Shown here one piece after another: positions 33,159-42,937 of a DNA stretch of 64,000 bases. Where the stretch lies: the NCBI GenBank assembly GCA_017560905.1, contig JAFZEA010000015.1, positions 7,177 to 71,176 of the forward strand, given 5' to 3'. The notes under the pieces were generated by a model. It was not told the origin of the DNA. It saw only the letters and a program-made list of their open reading frames with translations, and did no database searches. Source of the DNA: Clostridia bacterium (GTDB lineage: Bacteria; Bacillota; Clostridia; Oscillospirales; QAKW01). Position 1 is the first letter of the stretch; each line of letters opens with the position of its first letter. Position numbers and translations under genes: made by a program.

Positions 33159-33611
33159 ATGAAACAGGTCAGCATTTATTCCGACGGTGCCTGTAGCGGT
33201 AATCCCGGTCCCGGAGGCTACGGCACCATACTCGAATACGGCAGTGTCATTAAGCAACTCTCCGAAGGGTTTATCGACACCACCAACAACCGTATGGAGC
33301 TGCTGGGTGCCATCGTGGGGCTGGAGGCACTCAAAGAACCCTGTCAAGTCACGCTGTACAGCGATTCACGTTATCTTTGCGAATCGGTCAATCAGCGTTG
33401 GGTCTACGGTTGGCAGCAGCGCGGTTGGAAAAAAGCGGACAAAAAGCCCGCGCTCAACGTAGACCTGTGGCAACGGTTATTGCCGCTGTTGGAGCGCCAT
33501 GAGGTGACCTTTGTCTGGATCAAAGGACACGCAGGCCACCCTATGAATGAAAAATGCGATGCGCTGGCGGTAGCCGCCAGAGAACAAGTAGTAAAGGAAA
33601 ATGCCAGATGA
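33159..33611 (+). CDS. rnhA: Ribonuclease HI
   Basis: [30 protein letters not shown] and [18 protein letters not shown] carry the DEDD catalytic pattern. Confidence 0.9.
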   Translation: MKQVSIYSDGACSGNPGPGGYGTILEYGSVIKQLSEGFIDTTNNRMELLGAIVGLEALKEPCQVTLYSDSRYLCESVNQRWVYGWQQRGWKKADKKPALNVDLWQRLLPLLERHEVTFVWIKGHAGHPMNEKCDALAVAAREQVVKENAR

Positions 33612-34795
33612 GCGATTTTATCTATGTAGATCACGCCGCCACCACCAAGGTACGCCCCGAGGTGTTGGAGGCGATGATGCCGTATCTCACCGAATATTAC
33701 GGCAACGTTTCCAGTATGTATTCTATTTCCGACATCACCGAACAAGCCGTAAAGGATGCCAGAGCTTCCATTGCCGCCGCCATCGGCGCAAAAGAGCAGG
33801 AGATCATCTTTACCTCCTGCGGTTCGGAAAGCAACAATATGGCACTGCGCGGTATTATGAAAAAAGCGGGCGGCGGTCATATCATCACCACTAACGTGGA
33901 GCATCACGCCATCCTCCACACCGTAGAAGCTCTTGTCAAGGAGGGCTGTACCGCCACCTATCTGCCGGTAGACGAGAGGGGACTGATTACCCCTGACCAG
34001 CTCGAAGCCGCCATTACCCCTGAAACCAAAATCATTTCGATTATGATGGCCAACAACGAGATCGGCACCATTGAACCCATTCAAGAGCTGGCCGCCGTTG
34101 CCAAAGCACACGGCATTTATTTCCACACCGATGCGGTGCAGGCCGTAGGGCATCTGCCCATTAACGTTAAGGAAATGGGTATAGATATGTTGTCCGCCAG
34201 CGGACACAAATTCGGCGCTCCCAAAGGCATCGGCTTCCTCTACGTCAGAAACGGCATCTATCTGCCTGCTCTCATCACGGGCGGCGGACAAGAGAGAGGA
34301 AAGCGCGCCGGCACTGAAAACACCGCATTTATCGTCGGCATGGCCAAAGCGCTGGAGCTGGCTGTGTCCGAAATGGACAAAACTAATGCCCGTTTACTCA
34401 AAATGAGAGAGCGTCTGATCGACGGTATTCTGGAAAGCATCCCGTATTGCCGCCTCAACGGTGACAGAGAGCGACGTGTAGCAGGTAATGTCAACGTTTC
34501 CATCGAATTTATCGAAGGCGAAGCATTACTGCTGATGCTGGATATGAACGGCATTTGCGCTTCCTCCGGCTCTGCCTGCACCACCGGTTCTCTTGACCCC
34601 TCCCACGTACTGCTGGCGATAGGACTTACCCACGAGGTCGCCCACGGCAGTCTGCGCATTTCGCTGGGCGAGGACAACACCCAAGCCGATGTGGATTATA
34701 TTCTCAAGACGCTGCCGCCCATCGTCAAACGGCTGAGAGATATGTCCCCTGTATGGGAAGATGCCATCAAGGCAGGCATTGCCGAAGATTATTAA
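33608..34795 (+). CDS. nifS: Cysteine desulfurase NifS/IscS-type
   Basis: 395 aa from ATG 33608 (ATGA overlap with the rnhA stop): [16 protein letters not shown]-lysine block [17 protein letters not shown]. Active-site loop SGSACTTGS. Confidence 0.9.
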   Translation: MSDFIYVDHAATTKVRPEVLEAMMPYLTEYYGNVSSMYSISDITEQAVKDARASIAAAIGAKEQEIIFTSCGSESNNMALRGIMKKAGGGHIITTNVEHHAILHTVEALVKEGCTATYLPVDERGLITPDQLEAAITPETKIISIMMANNEIGTIEPIQELAAVAKAHGIYFHTDAVQAVGHLPINVKEMGIDMLSASGHKFGAPKGIGFLYVRNGIYLPALITGGGQERGKRAGTENTAFIVGMAKALELAVSEMDKTNARLLKMRERLIDGILESIPYCRLNGDRERRVAGNVNVSIEFIEGEALLLMLDMNGICASSGSACTTGSLDPSHVLLAIGLTHEVAHGSLRISLGEDNTQADVDYILKTLPPIVKRLRDMSPVWEDAIKAGIAEDY

Positions 34796-34822
34796 CAATT
34801 ATTACCATTAAGGAGAAAACCT

Positions 34823-35245
34823 ATGTACAGCGATAAAGTAAAAGACCATTTTCAAAACCCCCGCAACGTGGGTGAGATCCCCAATGCTGACGGTATCGGC
34901 GAAGTCGGTAACCAGAAGTGCGGCGATATTATGAAGATGTACCTCAAAATCGAAAACGACGTCATCGTAGACTGTAAGTTTAAGACTTACGGTTGCGGCG
35001 CCGCAATCGCCACCAGCTCTATGGCCACCGAGCTTGTTAAGGGTAAGACCATCCAACAAGCTCTGCAGCTGACCAACAAGGCCGTTATGGAAGCACTGGA
35101 CGGTCTGCCGCCCGTAAAGGTTCACTGTTCTGTATTGGCAGAAGAAGCCATCAAAGCCGCTCTGGCCGACTATTACAAAAAGATCGGCAGAGAGATCGAC
35201 TTTGAAGTTCCCGGCAGCTGTGACGCTTGTTGTCACAGCCACTAA
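34823..35245 (+). CDS. nifU: Fe-S cluster assembly scaffold NifU/IscU
   Basis: GNQKCGDIM, YGCGAAIATSS and VHCSVLAEEA are the three conserved Cys blocks. Confidence 0.9.
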   Translation: MYSDKVKDHFQNPRNVGEIPNADGIGEVGNQKCGDIMKMYLKIENDVIVDCKFKTYGCGAAIATSSMATELVKGKTIQQALQLTNKAVMEALDGLPPVKVHCSVLAEEAIKAALADYYKKIGREIDFEVPGSCDACCHSH

Positions 35246-35253
35246 TTTTGCAG

Positions 35254-35281
35254 AAAAAGCACGCTGCGGCGTGCTTTTTTG
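35254..35281 (+). terminator. Terminator after nifU
   Basis: AAAAAGCACGC-tgcg-GCGTGCTTTTTT. Confidence 0.85.
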
Positions 35282-35301
35282 CCCAAAGGATGTGAAAAAA
35301 T

Positions 35302-36315
35302 ATGCCCAGAAGCAGCGGTAATCAAAAGCTCAGACTGTTTTGTCTTTACAAACTTTTCTTACAGGAAACCGATGAAGCGCACCCCAAAACACGCAAAGAA
35401 CTTTGTGAAATGCTGGAATCCCGTCACGGTATCACGGTAGAGCGCAAAACGTTTTATGACGATCTGGCACTGTTTGAAACGGTAGGCATCGATATTGCTA
35501 AAGGGGAGAGAAAGGGCAGTTATTTTCTGGCGTCCAAGGATTTTGAGATGCCGGAACTTCATCTGCTGGTAGATGCCATACAAAGCAGTCAGTTTATCAC
35601 CGAGAAAAAAAGTCGCGCGCTGATCGAAAAACTGGCAGGTCTTTGCTCCCACTATGAAGGGAAACAAATCAAGAGTCAGGTGCGCCTGTCTATGCGCAAC
35701 AAAACGATCAACGAAAGCATATTTTATAATATTGACGCCTTGTATGATGCCATTACAGACGGAAAACAGGTTTCCTTTCTGTACTTTAACTGGGACATCC
35801 AAAACGGCAAGCTTTGCCGCGCTTATCGCAAAGACGGCATCCGCTATCAGGTCAGCCCCGTCGCCATTGTGTGGGATGACGAAAAATACTATCTCATCGC
35901 TTATGACAGCCGGGCAGAGGGACTGCGCCACTACCGCATTGACAAAATGGAATCCCTGCAAAAGGAAGAGGCTCATCGAGCCGGCGGCAAAATAATGGAA
36001 ACCTTTGACAGCGGCGAATATACCGCCAAGCATTTTGGTATGTACGGCGGTCAACAACAGCAAATCACCCTGCGATTTAAAAAAGAATTATTGGGTGTGG
36101 CCGTGGATCAATTCGGTAAAAATGCAGCTCTCAGACCGGAAGTCAACGGAGATTTTCTGCTGATCGTCAACGTGGCGGTTTCCCCGCAATTCTTCGGATG
36201 GCTCTGCTCTCTGGAGGACGGAGTGGAAATCGTATCACCTGCGGATGCACGAAACAAATTTGCAGATATGCTGCAAAAAATCACTAAAACCTATCAACAA
36301 AAGGAAAGCATATGA
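35302..36315 (+). CDS. HTH + WYL-domain transcriptional regulator
   Basis: N-terminal winged HTH (KLRLFCLYKLFLQETDEAHPKTRKELCEMLE...TVERKTFYDDLAL). Central WYL-type core (VSPVAIVWDDEKYYLIAYD...GLRHYRIDKM). C-terminal WCX-like region. Confidence 0.75.
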   Translation: MPRSSGNQKLRLFCLYKLFLQETDEAHPKTRKELCEMLESRHGITVERKTFYDDLALFETVGIDIAKGERKGSYFLASKDFEMPELHLLVDAIQSSQFITEKKSRALIEKLAGLCSHYEGKQIKSQVRLSMRNKTINESIFYNIDALYDAITDGKQVSFLYFNWDIQNGKLCRAYRKDGIRYQVSPVAIVWDDEKYYLIAYDSRAEGLRHYRIDKMESLQKEEAHRAGGKIMETFDSGEYTAKHFGMYGGQQQQITLRFKKELLGVAVDQFGKNAALRPEVNGDFLLIVNVAVSPQFFGWLCSLEDGVEIVSPADARNKFADMLQKITKTYQQKESI

Positions 36316-37235
36316 TCTACTCATCTCTTGAACAGCTCATCGGCCGCACGCCGATGCTGGAACTGAATAATTTACAAAAAGAATGGCTTCTGGGTGCCCG
36401 ATTGCTCGGTAAACTGGAATCCTTCAATCCCGCAGGCTCGGTTAAGGACAGAGTAGCGCGCTCACTGCTTGAAAAGGCGCTGCAAAACGGCTCTCTGAAA
36501 GAGGGCGGTACTGTCATTGAACCCACCAGCGGCAACACAGGCATAGGCCTTGCAGCACTGGCGGCGTCCAAAGGACTGCATATGATCGTGGTTATGCCCG
36601 ACACCATGTCGCTGGAGCGCCGTCAGCTGATGGCCGCATACGGTGCCGAGGTCGTTCTCACCCCCGGAGTCGACGGCATGAACGGCGCTATTAAAAAAGC
36701 CAATGAACTGAAAGACAGCATCGAGGGCAGTATTGTGGCAGGTCAGTTTGACAATCCGGCCAACCCCGCCGCTCATATAGAAAGCACAGGCCCTGAGATC
36801 TGGCAGGACACCGAGGGAAAAGTGGATGTATTTGTTGCCGGCGTGGGTACCGGCGGCACTATAACAGGTGTAGGTCGCTATCTCAAATCGAAAAATCCCA
36901 ACATTGAGATCGTTGCCGTAGAACCGGCAGGCTCGCCCTATCTCAGCGAAGGCAGAGCAGGCGAACACAACCTGCAGGGCATCGGTGCCGGCTTTATCCC
37001 CGGTGTACTGGACACCGATATTTATGATCGTATCATCCCCGTCACCGAAGAAGATGCTTACGATGCCGCCCGTACACTGGGCAAAAAAGAGGGCTTTTTG
37101 GTTGGCATATCCTCAGGTGCCGCACTGTTTGCCGCCGCAACACTGGCAAAGCTTGACGAATATAAGGGCAAAAATATCGTAGTGCTGCTGCCCGATACGG
37201 GTGACAGATATCTCTCCACCCAACTATTCGGTTAG
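36312..37235 (+). CDS. cysK: Cysteine synthase A (O-acetylserine sulfhydrylase)
   Basis: NPAGSVKDR (PLP lysine), TSGNTGIGLA, GTGGTITG. The ATG overlaps the WYL gene stop (ATGA). Confidence 0.9.
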   Translation: MIYSSLEQLIGRTPMLELNNLQKEWLLGARLLGKLESFNPAGSVKDRVARSLLEKALQNGSLKEGGTVIEPTSGNTGIGLAALAASKGLHMIVVMPDTMSLERRQLMAAYGAEVVLTPGVDGMNGAIKKANELKDSIEGSIVAGQFDNPANPAAHIESTGPEIWQDTEGKVDVFVAGVGTGGTITGVGRYLKSKNPNIEIVAVEPAGSPYLSEGRAGEHNLQGIGAGFIPGVLDTDIYDRIIPVTEEDAYDAARTLGKKEGFLVGISSGAALFAAATLAKLDEYKGKNIVVLLPDTGDRYLSTQLFG

Positions 37236-37256
37236 ATTAGCAAACCAACACATCTA

Positions 37257-37285
37257 TTGAAATTTTAACGTTGATATAATATAAT
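37257..37285 (+). promoter_or_regulatory. Candidate sigma-A promoter of trkA-trkH
   Basis: TTGAAA (37257-37262), a 17-nt spacer and TATAAT (37280-37285). Confidence 0.55.
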
Positions 37286-37322
37286 AAAATCACCTATTTT
37301 GCACTTTTCGGAGGAAAAGGAA

Positions 37323-38681
37323 ATGAGAATTATTATCGTTGGCTGCGGAAAGATCGGCACCACTATGCTGTCAAGCTTAGTAGACGAGGGACACGATGTC
37401 ATCGCCATTGATGACGATCCGCTGGCTCTGCAGAAAATATCCGACATCTATGACATTATGTGTCTGTACGGCAACGGAGCCGACAGTGACATTCTGCTGG
37501 AAGCCGATGTCAAGGAGGCAGATCTGTTTGCCGCCGTTACCGGTTCGGATGAACTGAATATGCTCTCTTGCTTTCTTGCCAAAAGAATGGGTGCCAAGCA
37601 TACCATCTGCCGTATCCGCAATCCCGAATACAATGACCAAAGTCTGTCCTTTTTGCGCCAGCAGCTGGAGCTGAGTCTGTCCATCAATCCCGAGTTGTTA
37701 GCCGCTAAGGAAATCTTTAATATTCTCAAGCTTCCCGGTGCGCTCAATATCGAAACCTTTTCCCGCCGTTCTTTTGAAATGATCGAGCTTAAGCTCAGGG
37801 AAGACTCCCCATTGGTGGGCATTCCGCTGAGCGGACTGCGCCAAAAATACAAAGCCTCTTTTTTGGTGGGCGTTGTGCGCAGAGCAACCGAAATCCATAT
37901 TCCCGACGGTAATTTTGTGTTGCAGGCAGGAGATCATATCGGCATCACCGCACCCTCCAGCGAGGGAGAGCGATTTTTCAAAATGCTGGGCATGCTTAAA
38001 AAGCAAGCCCGTAACGTTATGATTCTCGGCGGCAGCCATACCGCCTATTATCTGGCTAAAATGTTGCTGTCTATCGGCACACGGGTCATCATCGTCGAAA
38101 AAGATCACGCTCGTTGCAAAGAATTCAGTGAAGAGCTGCACGGCGCCGTTATCATCGAGGGTGACGGCTCGGCGCAGGAGGTTTTGCTGGAAGAGGGTCT
38201 TTCCTCAATGGATGCTTTCGTCGCACTGACGGGTATGGATGAAGAGAATATTCTGATCTCCATTTTTGCCACAGCGCAAAAAGTACCGCAGGTCATCACT
38301 AAGATCAACCGCGGCGCACTGAACTCCATGGCTTCGGGACTGGGTCTGGACTGCATCATCTCTCCGCGTAAGATCATTTCCGACCGTGTCTGCCAATATG
38401 TTCGCGCCCTGCAGAGTTCGGACGGCGGCGAAATGGAGACCCTTTACACGTTGATGAACGACAAAGTAGAGGCACTGGAATTTATCGTCAGCGAATCCTT
38501 CCCTCATAAAAATGTTCCCCTTAAGGATCTTTCGCTGAAACACAATATCCTGATTGCCGGCATCATCCGCGGCAGAAAAACTCTGTTGCCTGCCGGTGAC
38601 GACTGCATTATGGCAAACGACCATGTCATCATACTGGCCAAGGAACAAAGAGTCACAAGCCTGATGGATATTTTTAAATAA
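37323..38681 (+). CDS. trkA: Trk K+ uptake system, NAD-binding subunit TrkA (two RCK halves)
   Basis: 452 aa from ATG 37323 (GGAGGA upstream). Rossmann motifs MRIIIVGCGKIG and VMILGGSHTAYYLA. Confidence 0.85.
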   Translation: MRIIIVGCGKIGTTMLSSLVDEGHDVIAIDDDPLALQKISDIYDIMCLYGNGADSDILLEADVKEADLFAAVTGSDELNMLSCFLAKRMGAKHTICRIRNPEYNDQSLSFLRQQLELSLSINPELLAAKEIFNILKLPGALNIETFSRRSFEMIELKLREDSPLVGIPLSGLRQKYKASFLVGVVRRATEIHIPDGNFVLQAGDHIGITAPSSEGERFFKMLGMLKKQARNVMILGGSHTAYYLAKMLLSIGTRVIIVEKDHARCKEFSEELHGAVIIEGDGSAQEVLLEEGLSSMDAFVALTGMDEENILISIFATAQKVPQVITKINRGALNSMASGLGLDCIISPRKIISDRVCQYVRALQSSDGGEMETLYTLMNDKVEALEFIVSESFPHKNVPLKDLSLKHNILIAGIIRGRKTLLPAGDDCIMANDHVIILAKEQRVTSLMDIFK

Positions 38682-38692
38682 CAAGGTGAATT

Positions 38693-40138
38693 ATGAACCG
38701 ATCACTGATATTATTTTTTACCGGCAGACTGATCCGTATCGTGGGTTTGCTGATGCTGCTGCCGTTGTTGGTTTCCGCAATTTATAAAGAAAACTGTTTT
38801 TGCGACTTTCTTATCGTTATTATACTGTCTTTGATCTTGGGACAGGCACTGGTGCAGTTTTTCAAGCCTAAGGACAGCATCATCTATGCGCGCGAAGGCT
38901 TTATCATCGTGGCGCTGAGCTGGCTGATCTGTTCTGCGCTGGGCGCACTGCCTTTTTACATCAGCGGTGAGATTGCCACTTATACCGATGCCTTTTTTGA
39001 AACGGTCAGCGGCTTTACCACCACGGGTGCCTCCATCCTGACCGATATTGAAAGTATGAGTAAGGGCCTGCTGTTCTGGCGTAGTTTTACACACTGGATC
39101 GGAGGAATGGGTATACTGGTACTCATCGTGGCACTGTTTCCCGGTGTGTCCGATCGCTCCATTCATATTCTCAAGGCGGAGATGCCCGGCCCCATTATGG
39201 GTAAACTGCTGCCCCGCCTGAAGGATACTGCCAAAATTCTCTATCTCATTTATCTGGTGCTTACCGTAGTCGAGATCATATTGCTGCTTGCAGGCGGAAT
39301 GTCGCTGTATGACAGCGTTGTACACGCCTTCGGCACGGCAGGTACGGGCGGTTTCGGCATAAAGTCGGACTCGGTTGCCGGCTATTCGCCTTATATACAG
39401 TGGGTCATCACCATATTTATGCTGGTTTTCGGCGTCAACTTCAACCTTTATTTCTTGCTGCTGAGAAAGCGCTTCGGCGATGCTCTGCGCAGTGGTGAAT
39501 TCTTGTGTTATTTCGGCATCATTACTGTGAGTGTCGGTGTCATCACCGCCAACATTGCCTCTATGTATCCCACCATCGGCGAAAGCTTTCGCCACGGTGC
39601 CTTCCAAGTCGCCTCTATCATTTCCACTACGGGCTATGCCACCACCGACTTTGATCTGTGGCCGTCACTGAGCAAGGCGGTGCTTCTCATACTGATGTTT
39701 ACAGGCGCCTGCGCAGGCTCCACGGCCGGCGGCCTGAAAATCAGCCGTGTTATGATCCTTTTCAAATCTGCCAAGCGGGAGCTGTCCAAACTGTTGCACC
39801 CCCGCTCGGTAGGCGCTGTCAAATTTGAAGGAAAAGCGCTGGACAACACCACGCTTGCTAATGTGCGCAACTATTTTTCACTGTATATGTTTTGCCTTTT
39901 CGGCTTGTTTTTGCTCATCAGCTTTGAACCGATGAGTCTGGAAACCAACTTTACTGCCGTTATCTCCTGCTTTAATAACGTCGGCCCCGGATTTGGCGGT
40001 GTCGGTCCCGTTATGAGCTACGCGCTCTACACCCCCTTTACCAAGTGGGTGCTGTCCTTTGCTATGCTGCTGGGCAGACTGGAAATCTTTCCGTTGCTTC
40101 TGGCGTTAGCTCCGGCCACCTGGAGAAAAAGCAAATAA
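38693..40138 (+). CDS. trkH: Trk K+ uptake system, membrane subunit TrkH
   Basis: 481 aa, polytopic, with pore-loop-like GFTTTGAS, GTAGTGGFG, TTGYATTD and GSTAGGLK. Confidence 0.85.
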   Translation: MNRSLILFFTGRLIRIVGLLMLLPLLVSAIYKENCFCDFLIVIILSLILGQALVQFFKPKDSIIYAREGFIIVALSWLICSALGALPFYISGEIATYTDAFFETVSGFTTTGASILTDIESMSKGLLFWRSFTHWIGGMGILVLIVALFPGVSDRSIHILKAEMPGPIMGKLLPRLKDTAKILYLIYLVLTVVEIILLLAGGMSLYDSVVHAFGTAGTGGFGIKSDSVAGYSPYIQWVITIFMLVFGVNFNLYFLLLRKRFGDALRSGEFLCYFGIITVSVGVITANIASMYPTIGESFRHGAFQVASIISTTGYATTDFDLWPSLSKAVLLILMFTGACAGSTAGGLKISRVMILFKSAKRELSKLLHPRSVGAVKFEGKALDNTTLANVRNYFSLYMFCLFGLFLLISFEPMSLETNFTAVISCFNNVGPGFGGVGPVMSYALYTPFTKWVLSFAMLLGRLEIFPLLLALAPATWRKSK

Positions 40139-40197
40139 ATTTTTTCTTTTTTCCTCATGCAAATCTGCGTTTATTTGTTGTAATGGAGGAAACTGTT

Positions 40198-40854
40198 ATG
40201 AAAAAAAGGTATATTATCATCCCCGCCGTCATTATTCTTATATTATGTCTGGCTGTCGGCATTGCGGATCACTATCTCTTTATTATTCCTCGTGACCGTT
40301 ACAGCGGCGCGGATTTCAATATTGCGCGCTACTACAGCACCACAGACAAGGATGGTGACGGTCTGGACGACCAGACAGATATCTACAATGCCACACTGAC
40401 ATATCTGGCCACCAACCCGAAATACAAAAGCAAATACTACGAGGGCGGCTATCCCAATGACGTTTACGGTGTATGCACCGACGTGGTCGCCTTTGCCCTG
40501 CGGGATGCAGGCTATGACCTGCAGGCACTGCTGGATGCGGATATCGCCGCCGCACCCGAGGCCTATCCCACCATAGAAAAAGCGGATAATAACATAGATT
40601 TCCGTCGGGTCAGAAACCTGGAAGTCTATTTTTTCCGTCACGCCACCTCGCTGACAACAGATATTGAAAGCATTGAAGACTGGCAACCGGGAGATATCGT
40701 AACCTTTACCAAGCATATTGCGATCATCTCCGCCAATCGGGACAAAGAGGGAAGACCCTTTATCCTGCATCTGGCCTCGCCCATACAAATCACCTATGAG
40801 GCGCCGTTGACCGCATACAAAGATATCATCGTATCACACTACCGCATCAGTTAA
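40198..40854 (+). CDS. DUF1287-like (NlpC/P60-fold) membrane-anchored protein
   Basis: 218 aa from ATG 40198 (GGAGGA upstream). N-terminal TM helix. YYEGGYPNDVYGVCTDVVAFALRDAGYDL...DFRRVRNLEVYF...GDIVTF...HIAII resembles DUF1287. Confidence 0.6.
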   Translation: MKKRYIIIPAVIILILCLAVGIADHYLFIIPRDRYSGADFNIARYYSTTDKDGDGLDDQTDIYNATLTYLATNPKYKSKYYEGGYPNDVYGVCTDVVAFALRDAGYDLQALLDADIAAAPEAYPTIEKADNNIDFRRVRNLEVYFFRHATSLTTDIESIEDWQPGDIVTFTKHIAIISANRDKEGRPFILHLASPIQITYEAPLTAYKDIIVSHYRIS

Positions 40855-40872
40855 CAGAAAGGAGGCTTTGGT

Positions 40873-42216
40873 GTGAAGAACAAAAAAAGAGCGCGCATAT
40901 CCTATCCCCGCCTGTTGGCAGGGGGATTTGGTATCCTTATACTGATTGGCGCCCTTCTGCTGACGTTACCCATCGCCTCTAAAAGCGGCCAGTGGTCTGA
41001 CCCCGTCAACTGCTTGTTCACCGCCACCAGCGCCACCTGTGTTACCGGACTGATCGCCTACGATACTTTTACCCACTGGTCTATGTTCGGACAGCTGGTC
41101 ATACTGTTTCTCATCCAGATCGGCGGTCTGGGTTTTATGACCATCATTTCCATATTTGCCATGCTGGCAAAAAAACGCATTTCTCTGCGCGACCGCCTGC
41201 TGTTGATGCAGTCATCGGGCAGTATGGATCTGGACGGTGTGGGTCGTCTGATCCAGCGAATCATTGTGGGTACTCTGTTTTTCGAGATGGCAGGTGCCGT
41301 TCTTCTCAGCATACGATTTATCCCTATGTACGGCTGGGGTGAGGGAATCTATAATGCGATATTCCATTCTGTTTCCGCCTTTTGCAATGCGGGCTTTGAC
41401 CTGATGGGCAAGGAAGGGGCATTTTCCTCGCTGACCACTTTTAACAGTGATCCGCTGGTACTGATCACCGTCATACTGCTGATCGTCATCGGCGGCATCG
41501 GTTTTCTGGTGTGGAGCGACATCAGCCACTACAAATGCAAACTCAAACGCTATTCTCTGCATTCCAAGATCGCTCTTACCACAACTGTCGTATTATTGAT
41601 CGGCGGCACTCTCTTTTACTACTTTGCCGAAAGAGGGGGCAATCTGGCCGCCTTTTCGGAAGGGGATAAGTGGCTCAATGCCGCTTTTCAAAGTGTCACA
41701 CTGCGTACCGCCGGCTTCAATGCCGTGGACCAGTCCGCACTCAGTCCGGCAGGCAGTATACTCGGCTGTATTTTAATGTTGATCGGCGGCTCCCCCGGCT
41801 CTACCGCCGGCGGTGTCAAAACGGTAACGATCGCCGTGGTACTCATCGCTGCCTTTGCTCTCAGCCGCAACCGCCGAGAAACCGAGGTCTTCAAGCGACG
41901 CTTGCCGGACGGTGCCATCCGTCAGGCCTTTGCCGTCCTGATAATCTACATTATCGTGCTGTTTACCTCGGTCATCCTACTCAGTTTTACCGAGTCTTTC
42001 GATCTCAGAGAAATCTTTTTTGAGGTCAGCTCTGCCATCGGTACGGTGGGAATCACTATGGGTATCACACAGTCACTTTCACTGTTTGGAAAACTGCTCA
42101 TTACGTTTGTTATGTTTTTCGGCCGTATCGGCGGTCTTAGTATGGTGATGGCCTTTTCGGAGGACCGCCCCAAACCGCATATGCAACGACCTGAAGAGAA
42201 TATTTTGATCGGATAA
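40873..42216 (+). CDS. ktrB: Ktr/TrkH-family K+ transporter, membrane subunit (KtrB-like)
   Basis: 447 aa, GTG start after AAGGAGG. Four pore-loop motifs: TSATCVTGL, FCNAGFDL, RTAGFN and GSTAGGVKT. Confidence 0.8.
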   Translation: MKNKKRARISYPRLLAGGFGILILIGALLLTLPIASKSGQWSDPVNCLFTATSATCVTGLIAYDTFTHWSMFGQLVILFLIQIGGLGFMTIISIFAMLAKKRISLRDRLLLMQSSGSMDLDGVGRLIQRIIVGTLFFEMAGAVLLSIRFIPMYGWGEGIYNAIFHSVSAFCNAGFDLMGKEGAFSSLTTFNSDPLVLITVILLIVIGGIGFLVWSDISHYKCKLKRYSLHSKIALTTTVVLLIGGTLFYYFAERGGNLAAFSEGDKWLNAAFQSVTLRTAGFNAVDQSALSPAGSILGCILMLIGGSPGSTAGGVKTVTIAVVLIAAFALSRNRRETEVFKRRLPDGAIRQAFAVLIIYIIVLFTSVILLSFTESFDLREIFFEVSSAIGTVGITMGITQSLSLFGKLLITFVMFFGRIGGLSMVMAFSEDRPKPHMQRPEENILIG

Positions 42217-42232
42217 TACGGGGGAACAAAAA

Positions 42233-42886
42233 ATGAAATCTATTCTTATTATCGGCATGGGCCGCACAGGCAGATATCTGGCTGACGATTTTCAGCGACT
42301 CGGCTGTGACGTATTGGTTATGGACAAAAGCCGCGACAATATAGAAATGCTTGGCAATCGATTTACCGATGCCAGAATTGCCGACGGCACCAACGAAAAC
42401 GTAATCAAGGCGCTGGGTGTATCCAACTTTGATTACTGCTTTGTATGTATCGGTGAGGATTTTCAATCTTCTCTGATCATCACCTCTCTTCTCAAAAAGA
42501 ACGGCGCATCCCACATCATTTCCAAGGCCAACCACGATATTCAGCAAGAACTGTTGCGCACCATCGGTGCGGATGAAATTTTCTTCCCTGAAAAGGACGT
42601 AGCGCACAATCTGGCCATTCGTTATTCCGCTTCCAACATTTTTGATTACGTTGAGCTTACGCAGGATTATTCCATCTATGAGATCCCCATTTTGCCCGAC
42701 TGGGTGGGGAAAACCATCATCGAGTTGGACATCCGCCGTCGCTACGGCATCAATATCGTAGCCATCAAAAACGGTACCCTGCTCAATCCCTCACCTGCGG
42801 CAGACTATACCTTTGCCCACAATGATCATATTATGGTCATCAGTAAGAGCAAGGACGTCTTTAAACTTACCTCTAAAATTAAATAA
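42233..42886 (+). CDS. ktrA: Ktr system peripheral RCK subunit (KtrA-like)
   Basis: 217 aa. MKSILIIGMGRTGRYLA Rossmann motif plus a C-terminal RCK_C domain. Confidence 0.8.
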   Translation: MKSILIIGMGRTGRYLADDFQRLGCDVLVMDKSRDNIEMLGNRFTDARIADGTNENVIKALGVSNFDYCFVCIGEDFQSSLIITSLLKKNGASHIISKANHDIQQELLRTIGADEIFFPEKDVAHNLAIRYSASNIFDYVELTQDYSIYEIPILPDWVGKTIIELDIRRRYGINIVAIKNGTLLNPSPAADYTFAHNDHIMVISKSKDVFKLTSKIK

Positions 42887-42895
42887 TCAACCTCA

Positions 42896-42936
42896 TAAAA
42901 AAACTTCCTTTTCCGTTTGGAAAAGGAAGTTTTAAA
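42896..42936. terminator. Bidirectional terminator between ktrA and jag
   Basis: AAACTTCCTTTTCC-gttt-GGAAAAGGAAGTTT, a 14-bp stem with A- and T-tracts on both sides. Confidence 0.85.
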
Positions 42937-42937
42937 T

